Position numbers and translations under genes: made by a program. The notes beneath the pieces were generated by a model. It ran no database searches, had not been told where the DNA came from, and saw nothing but the letters and a program-made list of their open reading frames with translations. From the IMG/VR virus record IMGVR_UViG_3300047279_000159, positions 1 through 51,607 of that record: a DNA stretch of 51,607 nucleotides; one strand, given 5' to 3'. This document shows positions 15,686 to 25,399 of the stretch, piece after piece; the first letter of the stretch is position 1; every line of letters starts with the position of its first letter. The DNA comes from a virus. Its lineage: Duplodnaviria; Caudoviricetes.

Positions 15686-16172
15686 AGTATTTGATACTTG
15701 GGTTGATAATCTTGACGCTTCAACCCAAGAATCATTCTGTTCTTTTTCTTCTGACAACTATTCTGTAATTGAAATTTTTCTATATGCCAGATTCCTTGGC
15801 TATAGAGGCAGCATTACGGCGTGTAATCTTTGGGTTAAAGATCATTACAAAAAGCCGGATCATCGAAAAACTCTCTTGTATGAGATCGATGAAATGCAAG
15901 AAGATATTCGCAAACTACGTGAAGACGTAGAGACCGGCACTGTTAAACGTGATGCTGGTGTTGCGCGTATTGCGTCCATGCAAAAAGAGTTGCGTGGGAC
16001 AATTGCACAGATTGAACAATTTACTTCCACTAAAGATCGCAAAGGTTTATTAATGGCTGGTGCGGATAGAGCAATACGTGAGTTGTTGTTTATCTTCAAA
16101 GATGATCCTATCGAAGGGCCCCTGGAAGAAGCATCAATGAGTGTATGGGCACGCATGCAGCTTGAAGAATAA
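15516..16172 (+). CDS. helical hypothetical protein (possible small terminase-like); start uncertain
   Basis: Long ORF upstream of terL; no ATG near the apparent domain start. Confidence 0.6.
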   Translation: MLTNFPRKKWRPLVNKNVKPLVREQQNPEPLLNNKTPSSVKTKNAITARPNELIDIEVFDTWVDNLDASTQESFCSFSSDNYSVIEIFLYARFLGYRGSITACNLWVKDHYKKPDHRKTLLYEIDEMQEDIRKLREDVETGTVKRDAGVARIASMQKELRGTIAQIEQFTSTKDRKGLLMAGADRAIRELLFIFKDDPIEGPLEEASMSVWARMQLEE

Positions 16173-16211
16173 CTGCTTTAAAATAATTAATAAAGCAAAT
16201 AGGATTTTACA

Positions 16212-16616
16212 ATGGGTGCCAGCGTAGGAAATACACGTTTAGCTGGTGAAGCGGCTGCTCGTCAACGTGCTGCTGCTAGTGAAGGTATTCGCATGCGTCG
16301 GGCTGCTGTTCAAAAGGTAAGTCAAGGTGGGGGCGGTAGTAATCCAGGTGTAATGGGAGAAGCAACAGGGATGTCTCCAAACGCTGTGGCACAACAAGAA
16401 ATGTCCGCTGCACGCCCCGATCAAGTAACTTCTTTTGAACGTAGCGGTCCGCAGTTTGCCCCAGGCCTGGAAGCTAATCCTCCCCGTGGTGCGTTTGGTG
16501 GACGCCTTGGGCGTGTAGAGCGGGAATTAGCAGAAAAGGGTTCGCCCGCTTATGAGCAAATGATGCAACGTATTCGTGGTATGAATTCGTTACAAAACAC
16601 AGGATCGAACTTCTAA
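16212..16616 (+). CDS. hypothetical protein
   Basis: 134-aa ORF. Confidence 0.7.
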   Translation: MGASVGNTRLAGEAAARQRAAASEGIRMRRAAVQKVSQGGGGSNPGVMGEATGMSPNAVAQQEMSAARPDQVTSFERSGPQFAPGLEANPPRGAFGGRLGRVERELAEKGSPAYEQMMQRIRGMNSLQNTGSNF

Positions 16617-16780
16617 TGGCAAAAGGTAAAGTCCCACCTCAGTTTCTTGAGTACCTCAAGAAAAAAGAAGCCAAGAAAGAAGATGGCTCTGAGATGAATG
16701 ATAAAGAAAAACGTAAAGCAGCTTTAGATAAAGCACGTAAGTATCAAGATCAAAAGCGCAAAGCCAAGGAAAAGAAGTAG
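16616..16780 (+). CDS. 54-aa Lys-rich protein (MAKGKVPPQFLEYLKKK...)
   Basis: Manual translation; TAATG coupling to the upstream gene. Confidence 0.7.
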   Translation: MAKGKVPPQFLEYLKKKEAKKEDGSEMNDKEKRKAALDKARKYQDQKRKAKEKK

Positions 16781-16812
16781 GATATTATTCAGTAATAACT
16801 TGAATAGTACCT

Positions 16813-18339
16813 GTGCCTTCTTATCAGCACCTTGCTTATCGCCGCAATGCACGTGCGGCGTCTAAGAACTTTAAGGTCAAGGCACCAACCAATCTTCATC
16901 TCCTGGAACGGGCCAGAGAAGACTTTGGTTATTTCTGTGAGTATGTAGCAGACAAACCACCAGCCCAACACCATCAAAACTGGCATAGACACTTTGTTAC
17001 TAACGAAGATAGTAATTGTCTCATTAAGATTGCTGGTCCCAACGTTGACCTGTTAGCCCCTCGTGGTTCAGCAAAAAGTACGGTTCTTGGTTTGTTAACA
17101 GCTTGGGCGATTGGCATTCACACAAATGCAAAACTTCCACTTCAAGTTCTTTACTTGTCTTATACGGTTGATATTGCACGTTCCAAGTCAGCAACCATTA
17201 AACGCATTATTGAAAGCAAAAGATATCAAGAAGTTTTTCCTACAGTACGCCTTCTTAAGAACGTAACCAGTAATGAGTACTGGTCTATTGATCACAAGTT
17301 TGCTGGAATCGACGTAACCGGTGATGAACAATTTACTCTTTGCGCGGCAGGCCTTAAGGGTTCCGTGACCTCCAAGCGTTCTCACCTGGTAATGATTGAT
17401 GACGCTATCAAGTCTGCTGCCGACATTGCCAACCCTGACATTAGAAAGATGATGCAGGACAACTGGAACGCGGTGATTGCACCAACAATGTTTGAAGGCG
17501 CGCGGGCTATTTGTCTTGGAACTCGTTTTAGACACGATGATATTCACGCTACAACTTTTAACGAACAAAATAATTGGACACAGATTGTTCTTTCTGCAAT
17601 TCAAAACAATGTTAAAACAGGTGATGAAGAGTCTTACTGGCCTGAGATGTGGTCACTAGATTATCTAAAAGAAAAGAAACGACAGGCACCAATTGCTTTT
17701 TCGTTTCAATACATGAATCAAATTGTTAGACAAAATGAACTTTCATTGGCGCCAGAACTTATTGTTAAGGCAGAAATATCAACGGAGTTTGATGCCCTGG
17801 GCATTGGGGTTGACTTGTCTGCAGGCATTAAAGAAAAGAATGACTACACGGTCATGATTCTTGGTGGGCGGATTGAGGACCGTATTCACATTATCGATTA
17901 CAGGCGTATCAGGGTTATGGGCAACCTTGAAAAACTTGATGCTATGAAAGAGTTGCTCAACGATTGGTCAATTCTTGGTTGTGATGAAGGTGGTAATTAT
18001 TTCCCCACTTATTCCACGTGTGATATTTGGTCAGAAGCTGTACAGTACCAGGCATCTTTGGAAGCTGACTTCAAACGTGTTTGCTTAAATGACGAAGGTC
18101 TCTACAATTTGATTTGGCATCCAGTCAAAGGTTTCCGTGCAGACAAGTTGGCACGGTTCAGGGGAATCATGGGAATGTTTGAAGATAGAAAAATTATCTT
18201 TAATCGTTTCAGGAACTTCACAAATCTCTTCGATGAACTCACAAATTTCGGCGTAAGTGGTCATGACGACTGTGTTGATGCGTTGGTTTGGTTAGTTACC
18301 GGATTAGCAAGAAAAGGTCAGTTACATCTTGATTACTAA
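16813..18339 (+). CDS. terL: terminase large subunit
   Basis: Walker A APRGSAKST, Walker B VMIDD, GTRF motif, RNase H-like nuclease GVDLS...HDDCVDAL. Confidence 0.95.
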   Translation: MPSYQHLAYRRNARAASKNFKVKAPTNLHLLERAREDFGYFCEYVADKPPAQHHQNWHRHFVTNEDSNCLIKIAGPNVDLLAPRGSAKSTVLGLLTAWAIGIHTNAKLPLQVLYLSYTVDIARSKSATIKRIIESKRYQEVFPTVRLLKNVTSNEYWSIDHKFAGIDVTGDEQFTLCAAGLKGSVTSKRSHLVMIDDAIKSAADIANPDIRKMMQDNWNAVIAPTMFEGARAICLGTRFRHDDIHATTFNEQNNWTQIVLSAIQNNVKTGDEESYWPEMWSLDYLKEKKRQAPIAFSFQYMNQIVRQNELSLAPELIVKAEISTEFDALGIGVDLSAGIKEKNDYTVMILGGRIEDRIHIIDYRRIRVMGNLEKLDAMKELLNDWSILGCDEGGNYFPTYSTCDIWSEAVQYQASLEADFKRVCLNDEGLYNLIWHPVKGFRADKLARFRGIMGMFEDRKIIFNRFRNFTNLFDELTNFGVSGHDDCVDALVWLVTGLARKGQLHLDY

Positions 18340-18369
18340 GCTTAAAATAAGAAGAAAGCTTTCATATTT

Positions 18370-18663
18370 GTGGGACCAGAGTATTTAACAATTGCAATCA
18401 CTGCAGTTGTATCAGCTGTCACAGGAGGGTCCTGGGTGGCAAACAAAATTTTAAGCCGAACGCATGAACGGCTGCAAACCCTTAACGCATCGTTACGTTC
18501 CCAAGAGAATCGCGTTGACTCATTGGAACAACAAATAAATCGAATGCCTTTGGAATATGTTTTAAAAGTAGACTTTCTTAGAGAGATTCAAAATATGCAC
18601 GATAATTTTCAACAAATTAACAATAAGCTTGATAAGCTTATGGAAAAGCTTTTGGCCAAATGA
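18370..18663 (+). CDS. TM plus coiled-coil protein
   Basis: N-terminal hydrophobic helix, then heptad repeats. Confidence 0.7.
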   Translation: MGPEYLTIAITAVVSAVTGGSWVANKILSRTHERLQTLNASLRSQENRVDSLEQQINRMPLEYVLKVDFLREIQNMHDNFQQINNKLDKLMEKLLAK

Positions 18664-18845
18664 GTAGCTACATTTTAGAAGTTCAAGAAGACGACAACGG
18701 AGATCAGTTTATAATTCTTCCAGATGAAGTAATTGAAGACCTTGGGTGGCAAGAAGGAGACGTTTTGAATTGGGATGTAAAAGGAGAAGGTATTATTTTG
18801 AGTAAAGTAAATGACCCAGCAGGATATGTGGTATTAGAGGAGTAA
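18660..18845 (+). CDS. AbrB/MazE-like DNA-binding protein
   Basis: GDQFIILPDEVIEDLGWQEGDVLNW...IIL pattern. Confidence 0.75.
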   Translation: MSSYILEVQEDDNGDQFIILPDEVIEDLGWQEGDVLNWDVKGEGIILSKVNDPAGYVVLEE

Positions 18846-18872
18846 AATAAAAGCATAAGGAATAAATTAAAA

Positions 18873-19256
18873 ATGGCTGGTTTTTACGGTGGATATATGG
18901 GTAATGCAGGGGCAATGACCCCTGGTGGTTTTACTAACCAAGCTTTTGGATTACCTCAACCTGGAGCCATGGTTGCTGGTAACCCTAGTTTCGACATCAA
19001 TCCAAATCGTCAACCAATGCAACCAGGTATGGGGCCGCAAGCTCCAAACATGTACATGCCAACTCAAATTTTAGATCCAAGAACACGTCAACAACGCATG
19101 GAACAATCTGTGCCAACCACTGCTGTTCGAATGGCGGGCTTAATGCCCGGTATGAACCCCATGGGTAATGCTGCAGGAATTGCGAATGCTGGATTTTATA
19201 GAGGTTCTCAATACGGTCAAATGCCAACAGGTTTTGCAGGTAAAACCGTATCCTAA
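18873..19256 (+). CDS. low-complexity G/M/P/Q-rich protein
   Basis: 127-aa ORF. Confidence 0.65.
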   Translation: MAGFYGGYMGNAGAMTPGGFTNQAFGLPQPGAMVAGNPSFDINPNRQPMQPGMGPQAPNMYMPTQILDPRTRQQRMEQSVPTTAVRMAGLMPGMNPMGNAAGIANAGFYRGSQYGQMPTGFAGKTVS

Positions 19257-19402
19257 TGAAAACAAAAAAGCTGATAAAAAAAGCACTTAAAACACCAGCG
19301 CTTTTTAGCTCTGGTGAATTGATGTACTTTAATCTTTGGCTTTCCCAAAAGAAAGAAAAGAAATCTGCTAAGATCAGTAAAGGTAAAAGGGAAAATAGTT
19401 AA
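19256..19402 (+). CDS. 48-aa basic protein (MKTKKLIKKALKTPALFSSGELMYF...)
   Basis: Manual translation; coupled to both neighbours. Confidence 0.6.
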   Translation: MKTKKLIKKALKTPALFSSGELMYFNLWLSQKKEKKSAKISKGKRENS

Positions 19403-21786
19403 TGGCCGTCGATGCTAAGTCCCGTCTAAAGGATATTATTGACTCCTATCTTGAGAAAGATGGTGGTGCGGCAATTGACACTGGGGTCGTGGCATCGCAC
19501 CTAGCCCAAATGCGTTTGTTTGGCATTCGGCAAGGTGTTGAGTTTTTTCCAAGTCAAGATAATTTTGGAAATCAGCGTAAAGATTTTATTGACCGTGTAA
19601 TTAAATACAATCAACTTGATACACGCCTTGATTCCATCTGGGACTATTTCCTTTGTGATGGACAAGGATTGTTTTATATCCGTCCGACTCAAAACAATTA
19701 CCGCCTTTATTATTTTCGCAAGCACGAATACCGAACTTTTTACAATATTGACGGCGAGTTAGACGAAGTTGTAATCATCTATAGCTATAAAGTCCGTCAA
19801 GGCATGGGCTTTCAACAGGACATTGGTACCAGCGGTTTGTCTGGCCCTGCCACAATGGGTGGACAAGGTTCTAAGCGTTACATCAGGCTTTCAATTAAAC
19901 GTAAAACAATTGAAGAAACACACTCGGAAGGTGAAATCTCATTTGATACTAACTACCAAGTAATACCAAACAAAACTAAAACGTTTAAAAATACGTTAGG
20001 TTTTATTCCTTGCGTAGAAATTTTTAATAATCCCAAGGGATTTTCTACTGAAGGTGTTGGTGAATTTGATGCGTTAGCCAATCATATTTGCACGCATGAT
20101 GAAATGGTTCGGACCATGCGCAAGAACGTGCAGTTCTTTGGTAATCCAACACTTCTTTCGTCACGTCCCAAGACTGACCTGATGGAGTCGGGTGGTGATT
20201 CTGTTGTACAACGTCCGTCTATTGCAGCAAACTCTGGGTTTGGCAGCATGGGCTCGTTGAGTCGTTCAACATTTAAACAAGATCCCCTTAGTCGTGGAAT
20301 GGATGGACAGATCCGTGTACCACGCGTCATTGCAAACCTGGAACCAAACGACCGAGTTGGTTACATTGTTCCAGATGCAATTACAGGTGATCAAAATAGT
20401 TTTGCTCGTCAATACAGAGAAGAAATTAGAACAGCTTTAGGCGGCGTTGATGAGCTTTCTATTTCTGCAGGCGTCACCGCAACTGAGTATAAATCGTTGT
20501 TTGGACGTGTGTCAGCAACGTCTAAAAAGAAAGCAACCGCTATCTACACTTATGGTATTTGCAGGTGCTTAGAACTTATTATTTATCAAGAGGAACGTTT
20601 GTTCCGTGAGACGTTAGCCGCAGCAGCAGGAATTGAAAAACCCCTGGAGCTACCTGAGACAGCAACTCAACAAGAAATTGCAATGTATGAAGATGCCATG
20701 ACGGGTTTTGAAGGCAGGGTCAAGCAATTAATGATGGCCTGTCTTAAAACACAACAAATTCCCCCTGGTGTTTTAGGCCTTATTCCCGATGGTGACGTTA
20801 CGATGTTGTGGCGTTGGTTAGGTCCTGTTTATGAGGACTCAACCCAAGACGTGCTAAACAACTCAATTGTTGTAAGAAATTTACAAGAATTAGGTGTTGA
20901 TAGCATTGAAGCACTGAAATACCTCTTCCCGTCTAAGACGGATGAAGAAAGGGCCGGGATGCTATCAGGCTTCCCATTCAGGATGGTGGGTGAACTACAG
21001 AATGCATATTCTCAGTTTTCTCGCCTTGTGGGGGGCATGATGCAGACCCCTCACCCGCAATCACCGGATTTACCGATGGCTGCGGATCCGAGATTGGATT
21101 TAACTCCATATCTGTATCGCACTTTAGAAGCTCTACAAAAGGAGATGAGTTATGCAGGACGCTACCGTCCAATCGATCCCACAGACGAGCCAAGCACCAG
21201 TGGCAGTGGCACCGAGCAGCTACGTGGTGGCAGCACCGCAGGCAGCACCGGCCAGCTACCAAGCGGCGCCTCAGGCTTATCAAGTGGGTATGAGCTACCC
21301 TCAAGCGGTACCTCAGGCAGCCCCCAGCTACCAATCAGCCCCTACTCAGTACGCCCCCCAATCCCAACCGGCGGCGGACTCGACGGGGAACCCCTGGGAA
21401 TCGGCGTTCAACAAGGTGGTCAACCTACTGAGCGCTCCAGTCCAATCCCCGTTCCAGGGTCAACAGTCAGCACCGACGACAGCGTATACCCCGGCCAACT
21501 ACGGGTACAGCAGCCCAGCTACGCAACAATCGGCTCAGCAGACCTGGTCTCCCAACCAGGCATTCTCGCCCAACTCTTCCCAAACCTACTTAACGGGCTC
21601 CTCGGCGGCGGAAGCGCACGCGGAAGTGAACCAGGCAGTGGCGGATTACTACAACCTGAGCAACGAAAGCCGTCAGGTAATCGAAGCGTTCGGGATGGAA
21701 GCTCCGGCAATTCTGAACCAGTACGCCCTAAACCTAGAGGGAATGCTGGACAGCGCAGTGGATTGGGGAAACCGCGCAGCAAGTAA
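19402..21786 (+). CDS. portal protein with long C-terminal extension
   Basis: Between terL and scaffold/MCP; GFIPCVEIFNNP...GVGEFD portal-like motif. Confidence 0.75.
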   Translation: MAVDAKSRLKDIIDSYLEKDGGAAIDTGVVASHLAQMRLFGIRQGVEFFPSQDNFGNQRKDFIDRVIKYNQLDTRLDSIWDYFLCDGQGLFYIRPTQNNYRLYYFRKHEYRTFYNIDGELDEVVIIYSYKVRQGMGFQQDIGTSGLSGPATMGGQGSKRYIRLSIKRKTIEETHSEGEISFDTNYQVIPNKTKTFKNTLGFIPCVEIFNNPKGFSTEGVGEFDALANHICTHDEMVRTMRKNVQFFGNPTLLSSRPKTDLMESGGDSVVQRPSIAANSGFGSMGSLSRSTFKQDPLSRGMDGQIRVPRVIANLEPNDRVGYIVPDAITGDQNSFARQYREEIRTALGGVDELSISAGVTATEYKSLFGRVSATSKKKATAIYTYGICRCLELIIYQEERLFRETLAAAAGIEKPLELPETATQQEIAMYEDAMTGFEGRVKQLMMACLKTQQIPPGVLGLIPDGDVTMLWRWLGPVYEDSTQDVLNNSIVVRNLQELGVDSIEALKYLFPSKTDEERAGMLSGFPFRMVGELQNAYSQFSRLVGGMMQTPHPQSPDLPMAADPRLDLTPYLYRTLEALQKEMSYAGRYRPIDPTDEPSTSGSGTEQLRGGSTAGSTGQLPSGASGLSSGYELPSSGTSGSPQLPISPYSVRPPIPTGGGLDGEPLGIGVQQGGQPTERSSPIPVPGSTVSTDDSVYPGQLRVQQPSYATIGSADLVSQPGILAQLFPNLLNGLLGGGSARGSEPGSGGLLQPEQRKPSGNRSVRDGSSGNSEPVRPKPRGNAGQRSGLGKPRSK

Positions 21787-22147
21787 CATCGTTGGTTATG
21801 CCAACTTTGCTGTTAACGAGCACCAGGAAAACCTGGCTTACAACGAAATTCTCACCAACCCCGATGTTCTCAGCGATTACACGCTGAAGTTCTTCGGTCC
21901 TGAAGGTCCTTATCCCGTGTACGAAAACGAAGGTCAGCTTGAAACTCGTGGTTATCCCACCGAGCAAATGCAAGCTCCCACGATGGGCAACTTCCCTGCA
22001 CCTCCCGCAGCAGCTGCACCACAGATGCCCGAAAACTTCTGGGGTGGTTTCAACGAAGCAATGGCACGTGATCCCCAGAACGCCTGGCGCATGCTGAACC
22101 AAGCTCAACCTGGAACCGTTGCAAACAAACTGTTTGTGATGGAGTAA
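21152..22147 (+). CDS. capsid assembly scaffolding protein
   Basis: GGAG RBS, A/Q/P-rich N-terminus, upstream of the MCP. Confidence 0.65.
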   Translation: MQDATVQSIPQTSQAPVAVAPSSYVVAAPQAAPASYQAAPQAYQVGMSYPQAVPQAAPSYQSAPTQYAPQSQPAADSTGNPWESAFNKVVNLLSAPVQSPFQGQQSAPTTAYTPANYGYSSPATQQSAQQTWSPNQAFSPNSSQTYLTGSSAAEAHAEVNQAVADYYNLSNESRQVIEAFGMEAPAILNQYALNLEGMLDSAVDWGNRAASNIVGYANFAVNEHQENLAYNEILTNPDVLSDYTLKFFGPEGPYPVYENEGQLETRGYPTEQMQAPTMGNFPAPPAAAAPQMPENFWGGFNEAMARDPQNAWRMLNQAQPGTVANKLFVME

Positions 22148-22151
22148 GGAT

Positions 22152-22778
22152 ATGGCACGTGTAACAGGTGGCATGAAGGCAGCTGCAAAAGCAGCTCCCG
22201 TTAAAATTGCCGGTCTTGGTCAAGCACGTCCCTTACTTGCGTATGGAGTCCCTGTTGTTGCCGGTTTGGCAGTCGGTGGGGCTCTTGCCGCCCAAGGTGA
22301 AGATCCTGGTTCGGCCGCATTAGGTGGAATTGCAGGTGCTCTTGGCGCCCGTGGGGCATTAGGCGCTTCTCGCTTAGCGGGTAAGTATGCACCTCAAATT
22401 GCGCAAGCAATTCAAGAACGTGCAATTATGCCCGCTGGTACTGCAATCGCTGATTATGTAGCCGGTGCTCGACCCGGCGGCATTCGTCAGCAAGTTGGTA
22501 CTCAAGCAATCGATAAGTTATTAGAAGTAGGTGCTGCACTTGAAAAACCTAATTACGGTTTGAAAACTGCTGCTGCTGCTGCTGGTGTGCCAGCGGCTAC
22601 TGCTCTCGCTGGCTTAGGTGGTGTTGCTGCTGGTGCAGTTCCAGGCGCCTTGGGCGTCCCTGGTTTTGCACAACAACAAGCTATGCAAATGCAAGGAAAT
22701 GTTGTTGATCCAGAAGAATACGGCTCTAGCAATTCCGCTGGCGCTCGTTATAAAGCACCGACCTTGCAGTACGTATAA
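22152..22778 (+). CDS. Gly/Ala-rich membrane-like virion protein
   Basis: Multiple GxxxG segments. Confidence 0.55.
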   Translation: MARVTGGMKAAAKAAPVKIAGLGQARPLLAYGVPVVAGLAVGGALAAQGEDPGSAALGGIAGALGARGALGASRLAGKYAPQIAQAIQERAIMPAGTAIADYVAGARPGGIRQQVGTQAIDKLLEVGAALEKPNYGLKTAAAAAGVPAATALAGLGGVAAGAVPGALGVPGFAQQQAMQMQGNVVDPEEYGSSNSAGARYKAPTLQYV

Positions 22779-22880
22779 AGAAAAATTACGGACTGCTAAA
22801 ATTTGTTTTAGATAAGACATATTGATGTCTGACTCTTTCACCCGATAAAAACTTCCTGAGACTCTGGAGGATAAACCAAA

Positions 22881-24044
22881 GTGTTCATTGATAACGATTT
22901 TCCCAAAATCCTAGGGGCCGAACTCTATCGTCCTCACCCTGCTTACATTGCCGAGATGGCAGTGGAGCCCGTGGTTGTTCACGACTTCACTCGTCAGCCT
23001 GGTCAAACTGTTCAGCTCGACCGCTATAAGTTCTGGGGAACCCCTGGTACCAAGGACAGCCGCGAGCGTATTGCCGACCAAACCATCGGTACCGCCAACA
23101 GCCGTAACATCACCAAGGAGAAAGTCCTTGTGGTGCTTAAGGAATACACCGGTCCTGCGGACCCGGGCGATCCCACCCAGCCTTCGACCTTCAAGATTGC
23201 TCGCGAGACTCTGATCACTGCTCAGCGTCTGCTGCTTGACAGCGGCAACCTGAACATGTTCCACCAGTCTATCGGCAGCCTCACCCTGCTGGATGATTAC
23301 CGTCGTTGGCGCGACCGCGTCTTCATTGACGAACTGGCCAAAGCTGAAGCCAACGGTCAAGCTTCTACCACCCAAGGCGGTTACTACTTCCCTGGTGGCA
23401 AAGCCAAAGACACTTCTGGTCGTATTTCTTACACCGGTGCTGAGTACACCGCTGACGTTCAACAGTTCCAAGTTCGTACCGACTTGCTGAACGTTGTTAA
23501 GGACCTGCGTAAGCGCAACGTGCCGACCTATTCTGATGGTCTGTATCGTTGCATCTGCGATCCCACGTTCATGATGCACCTGCGTCGTGACCCTGACTTC
23601 CGTGAGATTGCTCGTTACGCTGGTAACCCTGGCCAAGGCATGTACATGGGCAATCCCATGATGCCTAACAACGCCAGCTTCTACATGGGTCCCCAAGCTG
23701 GTCAAGGTTATTTCCTGGCTGGCGAACCCGTTATGCCTACTGGTGTTCAGTTTGAAGGCGTTAAGTTCTTCGAATCGACCAACTTCCCCAGTAAGTCCAT
23801 CAGCGCTTCTTTCGACGGTGGTTCCAACTACTCCAGCCAAGAAGTTGCTCAAGGTTACTTCTTCGGTCCCCAGGCCATCGGCGTCGGTATTGGCGGTCCT
23901 AACGCCCAAGTGCTGATCAACAATAACGATGACTTCAGCCGCTTTATCATCTTGATTTGGCAACTGTATGCTGGTTTCGAAATCCTGAACAAGGACTTCG
24001 TTACTACTGGCTTCAGCTTCGTCCAAGATGACGGCGTTGTTTGA
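22881..24044 (+). CDS. major capsid protein
   Basis: GGAGG RBS, strong codon bias, HK97-fold-like motifs (PGQTVQL; GVQFEGVKFFEST; GYFFGPQAIG). Confidence 0.9.
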   Translation: MFIDNDFPKILGAELYRPHPAYIAEMAVEPVVVHDFTRQPGQTVQLDRYKFWGTPGTKDSRERIADQTIGTANSRNITKEKVLVVLKEYTGPADPGDPTQPSTFKIARETLITAQRLLLDSGNLNMFHQSIGSLTLLDDYRRWRDRVFIDELAKAEANGQASTTQGGYYFPGGKAKDTSGRISYTGAEYTADVQQFQVRTDLLNVVKDLRKRNVPTYSDGLYRCICDPTFMMHLRRDPDFREIARYAGNPGQGMYMGNPMMPNNASFYMGPQAGQGYFLAGEPVMPTGVQFEGVKFFESTNFPSKSISASFDGGSNYSSQEVAQGYFFGPQAIGVGIGGPNAQVLINNNDDFSRFIILIWQLYAGFEILNKDFVTTGFSFVQDDGVV

Positions 24045-24073
24045 TAATTAAAAATAACTCTTAGGAAAAATAA

Positions 24074-24883
24074 ATGACCTACTTGTCTGCTAAAAAGATC
24101 TATCCAGGCAACTGGAGCAATGCTCTTAACGGCTGGTATAAGAACATTGATGTTACCGCTGATAACACCAATGATTACTCCAAAGGCGGCCCCACTTCTG
24201 TGCTGGCCGTTCCTGGCTACCGTTATTTCCAGCAACGTGGCTATGTGCCCGTGACCTGGGGCTCTGGCTCTGCTAGTGCCAGCGGTTCGACCATGAGCGT
24301 GATCGTTCCTTCCCCCTATCGGAATGACGACACTCGTACCGACATCACCGGCATGGTGATCTCTGGTAACACCACCCAAGCTGCTTACGTTTATCGCACT
24401 GCGATTTCCGTTGCTTCCGGCTGGGGCGATGGCCGCGTTGCCTCTGGTGTGTATGCATCCACTGGTAACGTTATTTCGTTCGGTCGTAACAACAGCGGCA
24501 ACCCTGTTGCTGCTTCTGGTGTTGGTGAAAACATCATCCAAGCTAACCTGACCTCTACTGTGTCTGGTGACGCTGCTACCAAGATTTACTTCGCTGGTGG
24601 CACCCAAGGTTTTGGTACCGATCCCTTTATCACCGTCACTGGTGCTACTGGCGTCACCAACACCAATGTGTACTACAAAGCTGTTGCCTCCACCACCCTC
24701 TCGGTGTTTGCTAAGGAAACGGCTAATAGCACCACCACTTCTGGCGGTGTGTACATCTCGGCTGCTGATATTGCTGCAGGCCGCACCGGTTACCTGGTTG
24801 TGGAAGTTTGCTACATCAGCCCCGACGAGGCCCCTGGCTATGAAGATATCGATGCATATCTTCTTGGTCGCACTGTCAGCTGA
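24074..24883 (+). CDS. capsid decoration/minor structural protein
   Basis: Follows the MCP, same high-expression codon bias, T/S/G-rich beta composition. Confidence 0.65.
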   Translation: MTYLSAKKIYPGNWSNALNGWYKNIDVTADNTNDYSKGGPTSVLAVPGYRYFQQRGYVPVTWGSGSASASGSTMSVIVPSPYRNDDTRTDITGMVISGNTTQAAYVYRTAISVASGWGDGRVASGVYASTGNVISFGRNNSGNPVAASGVGENIIQANLTSTVSGDAATKIYFAGGTQGFGTDPFITVTGATGVTNTNVYYKAVASTTLSVFAKETANSTTTSGGVYISAADIAAGRTGYLVVEVCYISPDEAPGYEDIDAYLLGRTVS

Positions 24884-24920
24884 TTAGGTTAAAGTAAGTA
24901 CCAGATAACCTCTGGTACTT

Positions 24921-25331
24921 ATGCTTTATCAGCACAAAAAGACTGCCGCACGCGTCAAAATTGTTAGTGAATTTGATAACGGCGATTGGTTCATGGTCGA
25001 AGATCAGGACGGTCGCCTTTTTACCGCTTACAAATCCGAATTAGAACTTGATGAGCCTGCAACCAAAAAGGTTCAAACTCTTCAAGTAAAGGACAAGGCA
25101 GCAAAAGAAGAACCCCGTGTTTTTCCTCCCGACACTCGTTTAAATATTAACGGTGCCACCCCGCAAATGATCGCTGATCATATTAAGGGTATCGGTCTTA
25201 AAACTGCTCGCGAGATCAAAGATCTCCAGATGTCGCTATCGGGTGAAAGATTTAACAATCTTGAGCAGCTTAAGCAAATTAAACGAGTCGACTGGGATTC
25301 TGTCTTGGCCGCTGACCTAATTCGAGTCTGA
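24921..25331 (+). CDS. helix-hairpin-helix (ComEA-like) DNA-binding protein
   Basis: RLNINGAT...IKGIGLKTAREI...FNNLEQLKQIK. Confidence 0.75.
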   Translation: MLYQHKKTAARVKIVSEFDNGDWFMVEDQDGRLFTAYKSELELDEPATKKVQTLQVKDKAAKEEPRVFPPDTRLNINGATPQMIADHIKGIGLKTAREIKDLQMSLSGERFNNLEQLKQIKRVDWDSVLAADLIRV

Positions 25332-25348
25332 TACTCATCTCCTTTACT

Positions 25349-25371
25349 CCCCCGGGCAACCGGGGGTTTTT
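25349..25371 (+). terminator. rho-independent terminator
   Basis: CCCCCGG gcaa CCGGGGG TTTTT. Confidence 0.85.
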
Positions 25372-25399
25372 CGTTTTAAAATAAATATATAAAAGACTG

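Noticed and set aside
22911-24026. 371-aa antisense ORF over the major capsid gene
   Set aside because: Mirror-frame artefact of strong codon bias; no RBS or recognisable motifs
23855-24607. 250-aa antisense ORF over the capsid/decoration genes
   Set aside because: Shadow ORF of highly biased sense genes
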